From positions 1,128-65,127 of the forward strand of contig CANRAZ010000002.1 in the NCBI GenBank assembly GCA_947628705.1: 64,000 bases of DNA, read 5' to 3'. Each line of letters begins with the position of its first letter. The stretch's first letter is position 1. The stretch is from an uncultured Lachnospiraceae bacterium (GTDB lineage Bacteria > Bacillota > Clostridia > Lachnospirales > Lachnospiraceae). The notes under the pieces are model-generated. The model saw nothing but the letters and a program-made list of their open reading frames with translations. It had not been told where the DNA came from and did not search any database. The position numbers were made by a program, and so were the translations under genes. Positions 61,865 to 64,000 of this stretch are shown one piece after another.

Positions 61865-61914
61865 AAAAAATAAAAACAGCGGCCACGGACATATTTAAAA
61901 CGTCCTGCCGCTGT
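61865..61914 (-). terminator. Rho-independent terminator after the 482-aa gene
   Basis: acagcggc/gccgctgt outer stem plus ggac/gtcc inner stem (61876-61914). On the minus strand it is followed by TTTTTATTTTTT. Confidence 0.7.
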
Positions 61915-61994
61915 TAAAGGCATATTCGCGGCCATCTTCCATAATTTTTTTTATGGCAATAATTAACCGAAAAATAATTTAAGATTATGCAATA

Positions 61995-63443
61995 TTATTT
62001 TACAATCGGAGCATATTTTATTCTCAACCTAGGAAGCTTCTCAAGCGTATAATAATAATTCATCTGCCAGTCCTCTCCTTGGGTCGGGTCATTTTCACCT
62101 GTCGCAGGCGGCGCAAAAATCTTAAGCGACATTTTTGCAGGGCCTTCCAGTTTTTTATAAAAGAACGCTGAAGAAAGGTCGACGCATTTTACGCCCGGCT
62201 TTTTGTAAAACCACTCTCCGTTCACTTCCATCATAAGATTAGCATTTTCAAGACCGTCTTCAAAATAAGCTTCAAAAAAGACAGGATTGGACTTTAATTC
62301 AAGCTCAACCGCAATTCCGTCTGAATCCTCAAAGGAGCCCCATCTGAGTTTTTTAGGGAAGACTGCCTCCGCCCCGTTTTCCATTGCAGGGCTGAAGAAA
62401 TCCTCATGTATCAGCTTGCGGTAGGTATCCATTAAGGGCTGCCTTATGCCTATATCCGAATTATTCGGGTCCTCAATTTCAAGTCCCAGCCTTCCTCTGT
62501 CCCTGAACATATACATCGTGAATGCGGAAAGCCAGTTTTCACCGTCTTCTTTAAGGAGGTCGGCAAACCTTCTGAACATCTCAGCCTGATCGTACGGTCC
62601 GGTTACGTCTGCGTCCGCATTGAGCTCGGAAAGAACCATAGGCTTATGCAGTCCGCCGTTGACATAGGCGTAGCGCTCATAGGACTTTTTACACATTGTA
62701 TAGATATCCTCTACCCTTGAGCGGGAAAAAGTGTTTCCTCCCTCTTCCGCTACGTCGACAGGCCAGCCCCAGTGCAGAGCCATGTAACGGTCAACCGATA
62801 CAATGTCGGCATGTCTTGCCGCTTCGGCAAAGACGTCCTCCATCTCCATTTTCTCATCGTCAGGATTTTTACAGCCGTCAAGGCAGAGTATTAATTTACA
62901 GTTAGGAGCTTCCTTGTGGAAAACATCGCACACATGCGTAAAAAAGTCCGCAACCTGCTCATAGCTTGCACGCTTGTTAAAGCTGAACCAGTTTCCTGTT
63001 GCCTCGTGATTTACTCTGACCAAAACGCGTCCGAAGGTTGAAAGGTCTTTGCATATTGCCACAAGATGTTCATCCGATACAAACGGGTCAATCGTAAGCG
63101 TAAGGCAGACATCCTGTCCGTGCCTTCTTACATCTCTCATGTAATTAAAAGGCTCGCCGTCAAGACTTCCGTTAAGGCCGCCCTTATATGTAAAATAATC
63201 GTCATACGGATAATCCCAGACATCGGTGATATTATCGTGTGCGTGCGCATCGTGCGCTCTTACCGGCCAGCCCTCGTCGTTAGGGTAATAACAATACATC
63301 AGGTTTATGCAGCGGTGCGGTCTTCCCAGCTGTCTCAGGATATAATCCTGATCAACATACTCTCCTCTTTCACTGCCGTCGGTAAGGTCTACGGCAGTTT
63401 TAGCAGGCCCCATATGCAAATCATAAATTTTATATTCGCTCAT
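61995..63443 (-). CDS. cytoplasmic protein, possible clan GH-A (TIM-barrel) glycoside hydrolase with C-terminal beta-sandwich (482 aa)
   Basis: No signal peptide. RVNHEATGNWFSF (E147) and PMVLSELNAD (E273) are spaced like the strand-4 acid/base and strand-7 nucleophile of clan GH-A. RBS GGAGGAGC. Confidence 0.75.
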   Translation of the reverse strand: MSEYKIYDLHMGPAKTAVDLTDGSERGEYVDQDYILRQLGRPHRCINLMYCYYPNDEGWPVRAHDAHAHDNITDVWDYPYDDYFTYKGGLNGSLDGEPFNYMRDVRRHGQDVCLTLTIDPFVSDEHLVAICKDLSTFGRVLVRVNHEATGNWFSFNKRASYEQVADFFTHVCDVFHKEAPNCKLILCLDGCKNPDDEKMEMEDVFAEAARHADIVSVDRYMALHWGWPVDVAEEGGNTFSRSRVEDIYTMCKKSYERYAYVNGGLHKPMVLSELNADADVTGPYDQAEMFRRFADLLKEDGENWLSAFTMYMFRDRGRLGLEIEDPNNSDIGIRQPLMDTYRKLIHEDFFSPAMENGAEAVFPKKLRWGSFEDSDGIAVELELKSNPVFFEAYFEDGLENANLMMEVNGEWFYKKPGVKCVDLSSAFFYKKLEGPAKMSLKIFAPPATGENDPTQGEDWQMNYYYTLEKLPRLRIKYAPIVK

Positions 63444-63525
63444 AGCTCCTCCAAATCAAGCTTTTAAAGCCGTGCGGACAAAAGCCGGAGCCTCTGCCCG
63501 CACATATAAGCTTTTTTAATTCAAA

Positions 63526-64000
63526 TCAAACCGTTACTGTTGTTTCCATGTCTCCTGCAAACGGAATTTCCTTATTTCCGATTACAACTTTTCCAAGAGC
63601 GTCGCCCTTGATTTTGACAGTATAATTGCTTCCGTTTCTTGAAACGCTGCAGCTTATCTTCTGGATTTTCTCCTTACCGTAAACCGTCGTTTCAGCAGTC
63701 CTGCCGTCCTGAAGCTCATAAACCTTAAGAGTAACGTTGTCCTCATAATCGTATACTGCTTTTTCCTCGTTTCCAAGGGCAATAATGGAGTTTTCTCTCA
63801 CATAAAGAGGAATCTGCGTGTAAGGAACGGTTTCCTTGTACCACTTGCCGCCCTCTTTTTTCTCTTCTGTAAAGAAGTTTGTCCATGTACCCTCCGGAAG
63901 ATAAAACTTGCCGAGGCTCTTATCGTTGAATATAGGAGCTACAAGAAGAGAATCGCCAAGCATATACTGCTTGTCAAGATAAGCGCAGGACGGGTCGTCC
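63526..64000 (-). CDS. GH31 glycosidase (YicI-like alpha-xylosidase/alpha-glucosidase), 3' end only
   Basis: The frame is open to the window edge (..DDPSCAYLDKQYMLGDSLLVAPIFN..FYLPEGTWTNFF..IPLYVRENSIIALG..). This matches the C-terminal part of YicI-type GH31 enzymes. Confidence 0.85.
   Translation of the reverse strand, partial: DDPSCAYLDKQYMLGDSLLVAPIFNDKSLGKFYLPEGTWTNFFTEEKKEGGKWYKETVPYTQIPLYVRENSIIALGNEEKAVYDYEDNVTLKVYELQDGRTAETTVYGKEKIQKISCSVSRNGSNYTVKIKGDALGKVVIGNKEIPFAGDMETTVTV

Noticed and set aside
63444-63525. Hairpin gtgcgg...ccgcac in the GH31-to-482-aa spacer as a terminator
   Set aside because: The T-run lies on the wrong strand for the minus-strand genes and is separated from the stem. 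The evidence is not sufficient to call a terminator or any other regulatory element.

Overview
This 64-kb chromosomal segment comes from a Gram-positive anaerobe. Gene content and protein sequences look like Clostridia, possibly Ruminococcus or Oscillospiraceae, but I cannot verify the taxon. I support 42 protein genes, 39 of them on the minus strand. I found no rRNA, tRNA, CRISPR array, transposase or integrase.

Layout by coordinate:
- 1-23.5 kb: an ancient housekeeping block, dxr-cdsA-uppS-frr-pyrH ... tsf-rpsB-codY-topA-dprA-comM. It is interrupted between pyrH and tsf by an 11.1-kb gene for a 3715-aa sortase-type surface adhesin.
- 23.8-26.5 kb: nrdR, a cupin-like gene, and pyrBI.
- 26.8-34.9 kb: a five-gene MacB-type efflux cassette with unusual architecture. 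It lies directly downstream of fhs.
- 37.6-45.4 kb: the complete epimerase/phosphorylase beta-mannan catabolic route (SGNH esterase, cellobiose 2-epimerase, GH130 mannosylglucose phosphorylase, phosphohexomutase, GH5 lipoprotein, ManA).
- 45.6-61.6 kb: two ABC sugar importers without ATPase genes. They flank three membrane-tethered proteins of unknown function, and there is an additional orphan lipoprotein.
- 62-64 kb: a cytoplasmic clan-GH-A-like protein and the 3' end of a GH31 gene.

The most interesting candidates:
- the uncharacterised surface trio embedded in the dual-importer operon (50.7-55.9 kb)
- the fully asymmetric MacB-type pump, including an AbrB-like domain fused to one ATPase
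- the giant adhesin with three helically phased palindromes upstream

Limits: all functional calls rest on motifs I recognise by eye and on gene order. No alignment, HMM or structure search was run. Start codons were chosen by RBS inspection. Coordinates of RNA/DNA motifs may be off by a few nt.
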